64,000 bases of DNA from Allosphingosinicella sp. (GTDB lineage Bacteria; Pseudomonadota; Alphaproteobacteria; Sphingomonadales; Sphingomonadaceae): assembly GCA_035563315.1 (NCBI GenBank), contig DATMVG010000103.1, positions 14,602 through 78,601 on the forward strand, in the 5' to 3' direction. This document shows, in pieces, positions 1-8,280 of the stretch. Position numbers and translations under genes: made by a program. Within the stretch, counting starts at the first letter, position 1; each line of letters starts with the position of its first letter. The notes under the pieces were generated by a model. It was not told the origin of the DNA and searched no databases. It saw only the letters and a program-made list of their open reading frames with translations.

Positions 1-174
1 GGACCGGAACTGGGCGTAATCGGACTGCTCGCGGCGCAGCCGGAGCACCGGGTCGGCGCCGAAATCGATGTCGAGCGGCCGACCGGACGGCTCGGGCAGC
101 GGCGCCTGGGCCGGCGCCGATGCGGCCGTCGCAAGGCCTATCCCAATGGCCGCAAGGCTGATCAGATTGCGCAC
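1..174 (-). CDS. 5' part of a secreted protein, possibly TolC-family; runs off the window edge
   Basis: Hand translation from GTG 174: VRNLISLAAIGIGLATAASAPAQAPLPEPSGRPLDIDFGADPVLRL..., which has a signal peptide. Family call is from recalled resemblance only. Confidence 0.45.
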   Translation of the reverse strand, partial: MRNLISLAAIGIGLATAASAPAQAPLPEPSGRPLDIDFGADPVLRLRREQSDYAQFRS

Positions 175-258
175 TATTCCCCGCCCGAACCGCAGCGGGC
201 GCGGTTTAGGCCGCGACCGCGTCGAATGCCAGCCTTAACTGTTCGGCCAAGGCTCATT

Positions 259-1584
259 TCACTTGCCGCTCAAGGTGTTGCCGGCCCTTCGCGGACCTTC
301 CCCGGGGTCGCGGGCCTCCATTCCGTCGGTATCGCCGTCGGCGGCGATCTCGCGTTCCTGGCGAAGCTCCTCGTCCTCGTGGCCGCGGTCAGCCGGGGCG
401 AAGCGCAGCAGCAGATAGCCGGTCACCGCCGACAGGATCGAGCCGAGCAGGATGCCGATCTTCGCTTCCTCGACCAGGTCGGGTCGGCCCGGGAAAGCGA
501 GCGCTCCGATGAACAGGCTCATCGTGAAGCCGATGCCGCAGAGGATCGCGACCGCGTAGATCTGGAGCCAGGTCGCCCCCCTCAGGCGCGAGGCGAACCC
601 CAGCCGCACCGTCAGCCAGACCGCCCCGAAGATTCCGATCTGCTTGCCGAGGAACAGGCCGGCGGCGATTCCGAGCGGCAACGGCGCCAGCAGCTGGTCC
701 AGCCCAAGGCCGGCAATCGGCACTCCGGCATTGGCGAAACCGAACAGAGGGACGATCAGGAAGGCGACCCAGGGAGCGATGGCATGCTCGATTCGGTGGA
801 GCGGCGAATCCGGGGCATCGGGCGCCCCCGGCGTCTTGACGATGGGGATGGCGGCGGCGGTCAGCACTCCGGCGATGGTGGCATGGACCCCGGAGAGCAG
901 CACCGCATACCACAAGGCCGCGCCGCCGATCAGGTAGGGCCAAAGCCGGGTCACGCCGCCCTTGCCCATCGCGTAGAGCAGGAACAGGATGATCGCCGCG
1001 GCGCCGAGCGCGAGCGTATCGAGCGCCGGCGTGTAGGCGAGCGCGATGATCGCGACCGCGCCCATGTCGTCGACGATCGCGACCGTCGTCAGGAACAGCT
1101 TGAGCGACGTCGGCGCCCGGCTGCCGAGCAGAGCCAGCACGGCGATGGCGAAGGCGATGTCGGTGGCAGCGGGGATCGCCCAGCCGCCGTGGAGCCCCGG
1201 CTCGTCCACGACCACGAACAGGAAGATGAGGGCGGGGACGACCATGCCCGCCGCCGCCGCCATCACCGGCAGCCGCCGCTGGCTCCAGGTGGCGAGGCGG
1301 CCGTCGACGAACTCGCGCTTTATCTCCAGGCCGACGAGCAGGAAGAAGACCGCCATGAGGCCGTCATTGATCCACAGATGGGGCGTCATCGGGCCCAGCT
1401 TGGGCGAGATGACCGGCCCGGTCTCGGCATAGAGCAGGTCGTGATAGACTTGGTAGAAACCGGAATTGGCGATCGCCATGGCCAGCGCCGCCGCCGCCAT
1501 CAGCAGGATGCCGCCGACCGCTTCGCTGTCGAGAAAGTGGCGCAACGCCGAGCGCGCGCCAGCCCGCGGGGTCCGCTCCCCCAT
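259..1584 (-). CDS. nhaA: Na+/H+ antiporter NhaA
   Basis: Motifs WINDGLMAVFFLLVGLEIKRE, GWAIPAATDIAFA, AIVDD, LCGIGFTMSLFI; multi-TM. Confidence 0.97.
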   Translation of the reverse strand: MGERTPRAGARSALRHFLDSEAVGGILLMAAAALAMAIANSGFYQVYHDLLYAETGPVISPKLGPMTPHLWINDGLMAVFFLLVGLEIKREFVDGRLATWSQRRLPVMAAAAGMVVPALIFLFVVVDEPGLHGGWAIPAATDIAFAIAVLALLGSRAPTSLKLFLTTVAIVDDMGAVAIIALAYTPALDTLALGAAAIILFLLYAMGKGGVTRLWPYLIGGAALWYAVLLSGVHATIAGVLTAAAIPIVKTPGAPDAPDSPLHRIEHAIAPWVAFLIVPLFGFANAGVPIAGLGLDQLLAPLPLGIAAGLFLGKQIGIFGAVWLTVRLGFASRLRGATWLQIYAVAILCGIGFTMSLFIGALAFPGRPDLVEEAKIGILLGSILSAVTGYLLLRFAPADRGHEDEELRQEREIAADGDTDGMEARDPGEGPRRAGNTLSGK

Positions 1585-1643
1585 CGCCTTCTCCTGTGGT
1601 TTGGGCCGCTCGTAGCCGGTGGGGCGGGACTGGAAAACCCCGC

Positions 1644-1671
1644 TTGCAATCCGCGTTTGCGCGCCTAGGTG
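1644..1671 (+). promoter_or_regulatory. Putative sigma70 promoter of tRNA-Gly
   Basis: TTGCAA-N16-TAGGTG followed by a GC-rich discriminator upstream of the tRNA. Confidence 0.4.
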
Positions 1672-1697
1672 TGTCGCCGCGCCCGGAAGCGTCGCGG

Positions 1698-1771
1698 GCG
1701 GGTATAGCTCAATGGTAGAGCACTAGCCTTCCAAGCTTGTGACGCGGGTTCGATTCCCGCTACCCGCTCCA
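1698..1771 (+). tRNA. tRNA-Gly (anticodon TCC); prophage integration target
   Basis: Cloverleaf GCGGGTA-TA-GCTC AATGGTA GAGC-A-CTAGC CTTCCAA GCTTG-TGAC-GCGGG TTCGATT CCCGC-TACCCGC-T-CCA. Confidence 0.97.
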
Positions 1772-3348
1772 CCGTTATAGTACATTTCCGCCGGTGGCGG
1801 CGCTCCTGTCGCCAGTGCGAGGATGCCGGCGAGCCTGCCGGACAGCTCGATCGAGACGCCGCGCTTGCCCTCGGGCGCCGGCGTGATCGTCACGCGGTCG
1901 ATCAGGCTGCGGACGAACGGCGCGTCGTCGGGCCCGATCGTCGACCCGATCCGAGCCATTCGCCGGCGATAATCGTCGGCGATGCCGGGATGCAGGGTGA
2001 GGACCGAGAGCGCGTCGAGGTCCCGGCGCCGGCTTTTGATCCCTTCGCGATCGACTCGCGCCGCGGCGAGGACCGCGCGCACCTCCTCGATGTCCCCTCC
2101 CCTTTCGCCGAAGGCCTCGACCAGGCGCGCGATCTTCGCGTCGATCGCGGCGAGCGCCCGATCCAGCTTGGCTCGCCGGCGGCCGACCTCGGCCGACCGG
2201 CGGGCATGCTCGCGGTGAAATTCGCGGACGTAGGCCGCGACGACGTCCGGGTTGAGCATCTTGTCCCCGAGCCCCGCAAGCACCCTTTCCTCAAGCAGGC
2301 GCCCCGCGACGGTGCGGTTGTTCGAGCAGCCGCGGCCGTCGCGCCAGCGGCCGCAACCCCATCGGTCGCGGCTGGCGATCGTGTAGCCGCCGCCGCAGAC
2401 GCCGCAGACCGCCAGCCCGGACAGGAGATGCTTCGGACGTCGGGCGCGCTCGGGCCGGTCCGGCTGCGCGTGCCGAGACCGCAGGACCTGGACGCGCTCC
2501 CAGAGGTCGCGGCCGACGATCGCCAGCTCGGGCGCCGGCTGCACGATCCAGTCCGCCTCGGCGTTCGGCCGGATGCGCGTCTTGCGCGTCCGGGGCTCCG
2601 GCACCTTGCTCGTTCGCGCATGGACGATCTCGCCGACATAGAGCCGGTTCTGCAGCATGCCGTTGCGCCGGCGCCGATCGCCGGCGATCGTGCTGGCGCG
2701 CCACGATCCGCCCCTCGGCGCCGGGATGCCGTCGCGATTGAGCCCCTCGGCGATCGCCCGCGGGCTCGAGCCGGCGGCGTATTCGGAGAATATCCGGACG
2801 ACGACCTCGGCCTGGTCCGAGTCGATCGTCCGCTCGCCGCGGACGAGATCGCCGCGCCCGTCGAGCCGGGGCGCCTTCAGATAGCCGTAGGCGAGGCCTG
2901 CCGGGATGCGGCCCGACGCCACGACCGCGGCCTGGCCGCGCCGAGTGCGGGCTCCCAAATCCTTACGAAAGCGGGCGTCGAACAGTCCTTTGATAGTCCC
3001 GGTTATGTCGTCGACGACGCCGTCAAGTAATGTGAACAATCGGGCGCCGGCATATTCGATCCGCTCGCGAACCGCGAAGGCGTCGCCCTGGTGGCGGGCG
3101 ATGCGGTCGGTCGACTCGGTGAGCAGCTGGTCGACTCCCCCGGCCTCGATCGCGGCGATCGCGGCGAAGAGACCGGGACGGGCGTCCTCGCCGATGCCGG
3201 CGGCGCCGCTGATCGCCTCGTCCTTGTGAACGCCGACGACCTCCCATCCCTCCTGCACGCAGCGGGCGCGGCAGAGAGCGACCTGGTCGTCGGCCGACCG
3301 GCTATTCTGCAGCGTCGAGCTGAACCGGGCGTAGATGATCGTTCGCAC
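1723..3348 (-). CDS. Large serine recombinase (phage integrase)
   Basis: N-terminal IIYARFSS catalytic motif, DEAISG, STDRIAR, recombinase domain, Zn ribbon CGVCGG...CSN, coiled coil; likely GTG start at 3348; 3' end overlaps the tRNA antisense. Confidence 0.95.
   Translation of the reverse strand: MRTIIYARFSSTLQNSRSADDQVALCRARCVQEGWEVVGVHKDEAISGAAGIGEDARPGLFAAIAAIEAGGVDQLLTESTDRIARHQGDAFAVRERIEYAGARLFTLLDGVVDDITGTIKGLFDARFRKDLGARTRRGQAAVVASGRIPAGLAYGYLKAPRLDGRGDLVRGERTIDSDQAEVVVRIFSEYAAGSSPRAIAEGLNRDGIPAPRGGSWRASTIAGDRRRRNGMLQNRLYVGEIVHARTSKVPEPRTRKTRIRPNAEADWIVQPAPELAIVGRDLWERVQVLRSRHAQPDRPERARRPKHLLSGLAVCGVCGGGYTIASRDRWGCGRWRDGRGCSNNRTVAGRLLEERVLAGLGDKMLNPDVVAAYVREFHREHARRSAEVGRRRAKLDRALAAIDAKIARLVEAFGERGGDIEEVRAVLAAARVDREGIKSRRRDLDALSVLTLHPGIADDYRRRMARIGSTIGPDDAPFVRSLIDRVTITPAPEGKRGVSIELSGRLAGILALATGAPPPAEMYYNGGAGSGNRTRVTSLEG
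1752..1774 (+). repeat. attL core GATTCCCGCTACCCGCTCCACCG (tRNA 3' end)
   Basis: Identical to 42964-42986. Confidence 0.95.
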
Positions 3349-3463
3349 GGGCGGAGCCTCGGGGGAGAAGGGCGTCAAATTGGCGCGCCACGGCGGCGCG
3401 TGCAAGGGCCTCGGCGAGCTCGACCAGCTCGGGCGGAGGCTGCGGGGCGGCTGGAGCCTGCAT
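3302..3463 (-). CDS. Small helical protein upstream of int (candidate recombination directionality factor)
   Basis: MQAPAAPQPPPELVELAEALARAAVARQFD...; ATG overlaps the upstream TGA and the ORF overlaps the int start. Confidence 0.5.
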   Translation of the reverse strand: MQAPAAPQPPPELVELAEALARAAVARQFDALLPRGSARANDHLRPVQLDAAE

Positions 3464-3891
3464 CAGGCGGCGGTCCGGACCGCGCTGATCGGCCGCGGCC
3501 CGCGGCCCCCGTTCCAGAACCAGGCTTCCGCGACGATGACGTAGTGGATCGCCCGGAGGGCATCGTGGCGCTGGGCCGCCCTGGCGTCGCCGCGCGCGGC
3601 CTCGGCCCGGCGGGTCTGGCGCTCGAGCGCCCGGCCGGCGGCAGCCGCGAGCGCGGGCCAGGGGATTTCGGTGCCGGCCTGGAGCCGGGGATTGCCGACA
3701 CGGCCGTCGGCGTCCGCGCCGCGGGGAAGGGCGAGCATGGCTGCGATCGCGCGCCAGGCGTCGAGATCCGCGGCGGCCTCGGCCCGCTTGATCTCGCCGG
3801 CTTCGATCATGGCGGGATAATGACGCTCGCGGCTGCCGACCTCGAACGCCGCCGCTTCGGCGAGATCCGGGGTGGCGCTGGGCGCGTTCAT
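3463..3891 (-). CDS. Phage hypothetical protein
   Basis: Stop/start-coupled in the leftward early operon. Confidence 0.65.
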   Translation of the reverse strand: MNAPSATPDLAEAAAFEVGSRERHYPAMIEAGEIKRAEAAADLDAWRAIAAMLALPRGADADGRVGNPRLQAGTEIPWPALAAAAGRALERQTRRAEAARGDARAAQRHDALRAIHYVIVAEAWFWNGGRGPRPISAVRTAA

Positions 3892-4100
3892 GCTTCGGCC
3901 TCGAGGCGTCCGCCCTTGGTTTCGACCCAGGCGAGCAAGGCAAGCACCTGGGCGCCCAGCTCCACCAGGTGCTCATGCGGCGAGGTCTCGCCCCTGTTGA
4001 ACCTCTCGATGATCCGGTTCAGGTCGCCGGGGTCGGGGTCCTCGATGCGCTCGGCGGCGGCGATCACCTCGTCGAGGGCGATAAGGTCGCGGACGTTCAC
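3888..4100 (-). CDS. Phage hypothetical protein
   Basis: GTGA/ATGA overlaps with both neighbours. Confidence 0.6.
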   Translation of the reverse strand: MNVRDLIALDEVIAAAERIEDPDPGDLNRIIERFNRGETSPHEHLVELGAQVLALLAWVETKGGRLEAEA

Positions 4101-4216
4101 GCCGCCCGCCAAAGCTCAAAAGTGAGCCAGGCGGCGCCCGGCACGATGATCCAGACCAGGGCCATGACCACGGCGAGGGCGCCGAGCGCTCCGGTGAGGG
4201 ACAGCGGCCTATCCAT
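4097..4216 (-). CDS. 39-aa single-TM protein (absent from ORF track)
   Basis: MDRPLSLTGALGALAVVMALVWIIVPGAAWLTFELWRAA*; fills the operon gap with overlapping start and stop. Confidence 0.55.
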   Translation of the reverse strand: MDRPLSLTGALGALAVVMALVWIIVPGAAWLTFELWRAA

Positions 4217-4421
4217 GGCTGTGCTCGAACGGCAGCGCGGTCGCGCAGAAGGCGCATTCGGCCGAGCGCCGGCCGAGATGCCAGTGGGCGCGCCCGCAGC
4301 CGGGGCAGTGGTTCACCTCGCCGCGGCGATAGACGAGGACATAGCCGCGATTGGCGGGATCGTGGGGCAGCGTCCGCGGCATGGCGCCGCCGTCGACGAC
4401 CCGGAGCCGGGGCCGGCTCAT
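4209..4421 (-). CDS. Small zinc-ribbon protein
   Basis: CPGCG...AECAFC motifs; coupled to neighbours. Confidence 0.7.
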   Translation of the reverse strand: MSRPRLRVVDGGAMPRTLPHDPANRGYVLVYRRGEVNHCPGCGRAHWHLGRRSAECAFCATALPFEHSHG

Positions 4422-4726
4422 CGCACCGCTCCCGCTGCTCGGTAGAAGCCGCCCACGGCCACGCTGTCGCCGATTCGCGCGGCAACGACGTTGGCGAGGA
4501 CTTCCTCCAGCGGTCCGCGCACGGAAAAGAAGGTGCCCGCGACGGTGCCGATTCGGGTGCCTCCTCCGCTCACGGGCTGGAGGCTGACGACTTTGTGAGC
4601 GTCGACGACCACGAATGCGCCATCATGTTGCCCGCAGCGGATCAGGCCTTCTTGTTCCTGCCAAACCTCACGCTCGATCGGTGGCGGGGCACCGGCGCGC
4701 GAGGTTTCAGATGCAGCGCTCATCAT
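4418..4726 (-). CDS. Phage hypothetical protein
   Basis: Operon position; stop overlaps the next start. Confidence 0.55.
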   Translation of the reverse strand: MMSAASETSRAGAPPPIEREVWQEQEGLIRCGQHDGAFVVVDAHKVVSLQPVSGGGTRIGTVAGTFFSVRGPLEEVLANVVAARIGDSVAVGGFYRAAGAVR

Positions 4727-4774
4727 GCTCGACGAGCAAAGCGGTGGCGCCGGGATTGGGGAAGGGCGCGCCGC

Positions 4775-5020
4775 TCAGCATGGCGCGTGCTCCGGCGGAA
4801 ACAGCCCGACATAACGGCCCTGGTCGTCGAGCTGCCCGTCGAGATAGTGCTTCCCCTCGGAACAGCGGACGTAGAGATCCGGGCTGTGAAGATCGCGCTC
4901 GACCGTCAGCCGGGTCCCGGCGTCGATGCAGGTGAAGTCGCCGTCGGCGATGAGAATGTCGCCGGGATTTACCTCGGCTCGCTCGGCCCAGGCCGGGGCG
5001 TCGTAATGGATGGCGGGCAT
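4775..5020 (-). CDS. Phage hypothetical protein, first gene of the leftward operon
   Basis: MPAIHYD..., GGGAG RBS upstream, lies downstream of PL. Confidence 0.65.
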   Translation of the reverse strand: MPAIHYDAPAWAERAEVNPGDILIADGDFTCIDAGTRLTVERDLHSPDLYVRCSEGKHYLDGQLDDQGRYVGLFPPEHAPC

Positions 5021-5049
5021 CGGTCGGCTCCCTCGCTGTTCTGAGCCGC

Positions 5050-5129
5050 AAAATATTCGGGAAATTTCCCGTGTCAATCCATAATCGGGAAATGTCCCGT
5101 TGGCCTCGGGTCGGCCGCGCGATTATGAT
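5050..5129. promoter_or_regulatory. OL region: operators CGGGAAATTTCCCG (5058-5071) and CGGGAAATGTCCCG (5086-5099), leftward promoter PL and a rightward promoter
   Basis: Minus strand TTGACA (5077-5072)-N16-TATTTT; plus strand TTGGCC (5100-5105)-N18-TATGAT (5124-5129); palindromes match those at cI/cro. Confidence 0.8.
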
Positions 5130-5135
5130 CGCGTC

Positions 5136-5915
5136 ATGGGAACCTACCGGGCGGCCGTGACCGGCGAGAGCTTCCGCAACGAGGACGGTTCCGACCGGCA
5201 GCAGGAGATTGCGCGCTGCCGGATCGGCGAGCCGGTGGCGCTCGAGCGTGATCCCGCCAACCCCCATGACGGCAATTGCATCAAGGTGATCAGTGCCCGC
5301 GGCGTCCAGATCGGCAACGTCGCCCGCGACGCCGCCGAGTGGATGGCGGAGAGGCTCGACAAGGGGCGACCCCTCGCCGCCGTCATCGACGGCATCGGCC
5401 GGAGCGACAGCCGAATGCTCGGAGTCGTGCTCGGGGTCTCCACCGATTCGCCGGCCGATCCGGCGACCGTGCCGCCCGCGCCGGCACCGCCCGCGCCCGC
5501 CGCCGACCGGGGCGGCATCGGCGGAACACTCGGCTTCCTGCTCCTGCTCGCCGCCGCGGCGGCGATCGTCCTCTCGGTCACCGACGCCCCGCCGCCGAGC
5601 CGGCCGGTCGCCGCGACCGGTTCGGGCTCGGCCGACGGCGCGGCTTCCCGGCTGGCACGGTGCGACCGGGCGATGGCGATGGCCGAGGCGAGCGGACTGG
5701 TCAGGGAGCGGCCCGCCCCGCACCGGCTCGTCGTCGACGAGGATCTGTGGGGCCGGCTCAGCGCCCGGGCCAAGACGGATTTCGGGACGACGATCGCCTG
5801 CCAGCTGAGCGGGGGGCGAATGCTGGGCGGCGAATATGTGACGGTGCTCGGCGATCGCTCGGGCGCCCGGCTCGCCGGCGGAGCGCCGGGCCGAGGCACG
5901 TTCAGCCTGCGCTGA
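5136..5915 (+). CDS. HIRAN-domain protein with a TM helix and a C-terminal exported domain
   Basis: HIRAN signature VTGESF...LERDPANPHDGNCIKV...QIGNV; Pro-rich linker; TM GFLLLLAAAAAIVLSV. Confidence 0.8.
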   Translation: MGTYRAAVTGESFRNEDGSDRQQEIARCRIGEPVALERDPANPHDGNCIKVISARGVQIGNVARDAAEWMAERLDKGRPLAAVIDGIGRSDSRMLGVVLGVSTDSPADPATVPPAPAPPAPAADRGGIGGTLGFLLLLAAAAAIVLSVTDAPPPSRPVAATGSGSADGAASRLARCDRAMAMAEASGLVRERPAPHRLVVDEDLWGRLSARAKTDFGTTIACQLSGGRMLGGEYVTVLGDRSGARLAGGAPGRGTFSLR

Positions 5916-5921
5916 CCCGGG

Positions 5922-6653
5922 TCAGATCCCGACCAGCTCGCCGAGCGGGAAGATGCGGTGCATGACCGCGACCCGCTTCGCCTCGACCCGGAAGACGAGC
6001 GGCGGGTTGAACTGCTCGAGCTCGATCCAGTCGGCGGTGCGGCGGCGGAGCCGCTTGACCAAGGCCGAGACGATCCTCGGCTCGTCCTCCTCGCCGCGCT
6101 GGCGGCGGAGCTGGACGACGACATAGTCGCCGATCGACGGCGGCCGGGCGGCGTCGACATAGGCGACCTCGCCGGGCTCGAAGCGGGGCTCCATCGAGAA
6201 GCCGGTGAAGTAGATGGCGTAGACGTCGCGGCGCCCCTCGAGGCTGGCCGGGCGGCGGACGTAATCGACGACCTCGCCCAGGTCCATCTCGACCGACTCG
6301 ACCTGCTCGCCGTCGACCTCGACCTCGCCGCACGAGGGGGTGCCGCGCACCGGGACGTCGCGCGGCCGCTCGTGGCGAAAGGTCGCAAAGGGGTCGGCGA
6401 GCACGGCGGCGGAGCGGCCCGGCGGCGGCGCGTCGGCCTCGCCCTCGCCCGTCAGCAGCCAGTCCGAGCTGGTGCCGAGCACCCCGGCGAGCTTGCGCAG
6501 CCGCTCGGCGCCCGGAATCCCCTTCTTGCGCCGGAGGTCGCGGATCAGGTCGGGCTTGCCGACCGCCGCGAGCGAAGCCTGGGTCTCGTTGAGGCCGTGC
6601 TGGGCGAGCTTCGCCTCGACCCTGGCGAGCAGTTCGGCCTGGCGCTGTTCCAC
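5922..6653 (-). CDS. CI-like repressor (HTH + S24 autopeptidase)
   Basis: N-terminal HTH (LAGVLGTSSDWLLTGEG), Cys-Gly candidate cleavage site PSCG, GFSMEP catalytic Ser, VKRL catalytic Lys; likely GTG start at 6653. Confidence 0.92.
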   Translation of the reverse strand: MEQRQAELLARVEAKLAQHGLNETQASLAAVGKPDLIRDLRRKKGIPGAERLRKLAGVLGTSSDWLLTGEGEADAPPPGRSAAVLADPFATFRHERPRDVPVRGTPSCGEVEVDGEQVESVEMDLGEVVDYVRRPASLEGRRDVYAIYFTGFSMEPRFEPGEVAYVDAARPPSIGDYVVVQLRRQRGEEDEPRIVSALVKRLRRRTADWIELEQFNPPLVFRVEAKRVAVMHRIFPLGELVGI

Positions 6654-6654
6654 T

Positions 6655-6734
6655 CGGGAAGTATCCCAAAAATGCCGCGCGGGATCATTCGGGAAAATTC
6701 CCATTGACAAGGCCGGGACATTTCCCGATCTAAT
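6655..6734. promoter_or_regulatory. OR region: three operators (6655-6668, 6690-6703, 6714-6727) with PR and PRM
   Basis: CGGGAAGTATCCCA, CGGGAAAATTCCCA, CGGGACATTTCCCG; TTGACA at 6704-6709; minus-strand GATACT 6 nt before the cI GTG. Confidence 0.8.
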
Positions 6735-6763
6735 GGCCGCCTCACCAGCGAGGCATTCAGGCC

Positions 6764-7282
6764 ATGACATTGATCGACCGGCTCCGCGCACTCGGCCTGC
6801 TCTGGGCGGCGGCGCACGGCAGGGAGCTTTCGACCCTCGGCACCCTGGTCGCCAAGGACGGCAAGTTCTTCGCCTGCCTCGCCGACGGCAAGACCTGCAC
6901 GGTGACGATCTTCGAGCGCTTCCTCGCCTTCTTCCGCGAGCCCGGCAACTGGCCCGAGGAGAGCATCCCCGCCGACGCCGCCATGCTGCTCGACGAGGTC
7001 GAGATGATCGCCGCCGGGCCCGACCCTGCGGTCGGCCGCGAGATGCAGATCGATGCCCACCAGCTCATGGCGCCAGCTAGGCTCGAATGGCCGCTGGCGT
7101 CATCCGGAAAGGGCGGCGGAAGTTCCGGTCCGGATCGGACCTCGCTTCGGACGGAGGCTGACAGCCGCCGCCCTTTTGGGGCGCCCGCCCCGGTCCCTTC
7201 CTCGCCGACCTGTACGCCGACGAGCGCGCCCCCGCCGCCGCCAGCGGACAGCCCGGCCTCTTCGGTTGGTGAGGCGGCATGA
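6764..7282 (+). CDS. Cro-like regulator
   Basis: Divergent from cI; HTH-like N-terminus (LSTLGTLVAKDGKFF); low-complexity C-terminus. Confidence 0.7.
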   Translation: MTLIDRLRALGLLWAAAHGRELSTLGTLVAKDGKFFACLADGKTCTVTIFERFLAFFREPGNWPEESIPADAAMLLDEVEMIAAGPDPAVGREMQIDAHQLMAPARLEWPLASSGKGGGSSGPDRTSLRTEADSRRPFGAPAPVPSSPTCTPTSAPPPPPADSPASSVGEAA

Positions 7283-7761
7283 CCGTCGACCGCTCGGCGA
7301 GCCTGACCGCGAGGCAGCGCTTCCACAAGGTGAAGGCGCGCGAGCTGGTCAAGCGGGTCGGCGGGCTCGAGGACGCGGCCGACTATTGCCGGCTCGGCAA
7401 GTCCCAGCTGTCGGATTGCTGCAACCCCAATGTCGTCGCCTTCCTTCCTTCCGACGCGGTCGAGGATTTGGAGGCCGTCGCCGGCGAGCCGGTGATGACC
7501 CGGATGCAGGCTCGCGAGGCCGGCTTCGGCCTGGTCCGGCTGCCCGACCCGGGCGCCGCGCCGACCGTATGGAGCGGCTTCATCGCCCGGCTCGGACGCG
7601 AGGCGGGCGAGCTGATCGAGGGCATCTGCACCGACCTCACCGACGACAACGACGTCACTCCGGCCGAGGCCGGCCGGCGCCTCGCCGACGCCGCGGACCT
7701 GGTCCGGGTCGCGGTCGAGCTCGAGGCCGCGCTCAAGACTCGCGCGGCGGCGCGGGCCTGA
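7279..7761 (+). CDS. Phage regulatory CII-like protein
   Basis: LVKRVGGLEDAA..RLGKSQLS HTH-like segment, helical C-terminus, position after cro. Confidence 0.7.
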   Translation: MTVDRSASLTARQRFHKVKARELVKRVGGLEDAADYCRLGKSQLSDCCNPNVVAFLPSDAVEDLEAVAGEPVMTRMQAREAGFGLVRLPDPGAAPTVWSGFIARLGREAGELIEGICTDLTDDNDVTPAEAGRRLADAADLVRVAVELEAALKTRAAARA

Positions 7762-8258
7762 TGGCGGAAGCGTTCGCCTTCTCCGGGGCTAATAAGGTCT
7801 ACGCCGCGCCCTCGGGTCGGGACGACGTCTCCGATCTTCACACATTCTCGAACGGTAAGGCGATCGTTTCCGCCTGGCGGCTGACGCCCGAGGAACTGGC
7901 CGAAGTCAACCGCAGTGGCGGGGTGATCTTTCTGTCGGTGCTGTCGGGCAACGTGCTCTACCCGGTGTTTGTCGGTTCCGAGGAGGCCGTGCGGTCGGTG
8001 GTGGCCGATTACGGCCCAATCTGGAAGCGCGAGGTGCAGGCGGGCGCGAGCCCGAGCGACGTGCACAACCGTCTGTCGCCGGGGCTGCTCAGCACGATCG
8101 TTCGATCGGTCGACACCGAGGACAACGCCTTCGTCATCCTGGAGAGTCTGACGCTCGGCGTCCTGCTTTTCTATGGCCGCGGCGCCGAGCACCTCGAAGT
8201 GCTGACCGAGCGGGTCACGGAGCGGCTCGCAGAGCGACGCACGAAGGAGCGCGGGTGA
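7761..8258 (+). CDS. Phage hypothetical protein
   Basis: TGATG coupling; globular sequence MAEAFAFSGANKVY... Confidence 0.65.
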   Translation: MAEAFAFSGANKVYAAPSGRDDVSDLHTFSNGKAIVSAWRLTPEELAEVNRSGGVIFLSVLSGNVLYPVFVGSEEAVRSVVADYGPIWKREVQAGASPSDVHNRLSPGLLSTIVRSVDTEDNAFVILESLTLGVLLFYGRGAEHLEVLTERVTERLAERRTKERG

Positions 8259-8280
8259 TGGCGGGAGGGGGGCATGTCCG

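Noticed and set aside
226-1668. Long antisense or alternate-frame ORFs (e.g. 226-1668, 16519-18849, 20468-22870, 29437-32052, 50300-52204, and the upstream part of 57183-59795)
   Set aside because: Stop-poor shadows of real genes in very GC-rich DNA; Arg/Pro/Gly-rich with no motifs.
1723-1739. U-U mismatch in the tRNA-Gly anticodon stem suggesting a pseudo-tRNA
   Set aside because: All other stems, the T-loop, discriminator and CCA are intact. The mismatch lies outside the phage-supplied part, and single mismatches here are tolerated.
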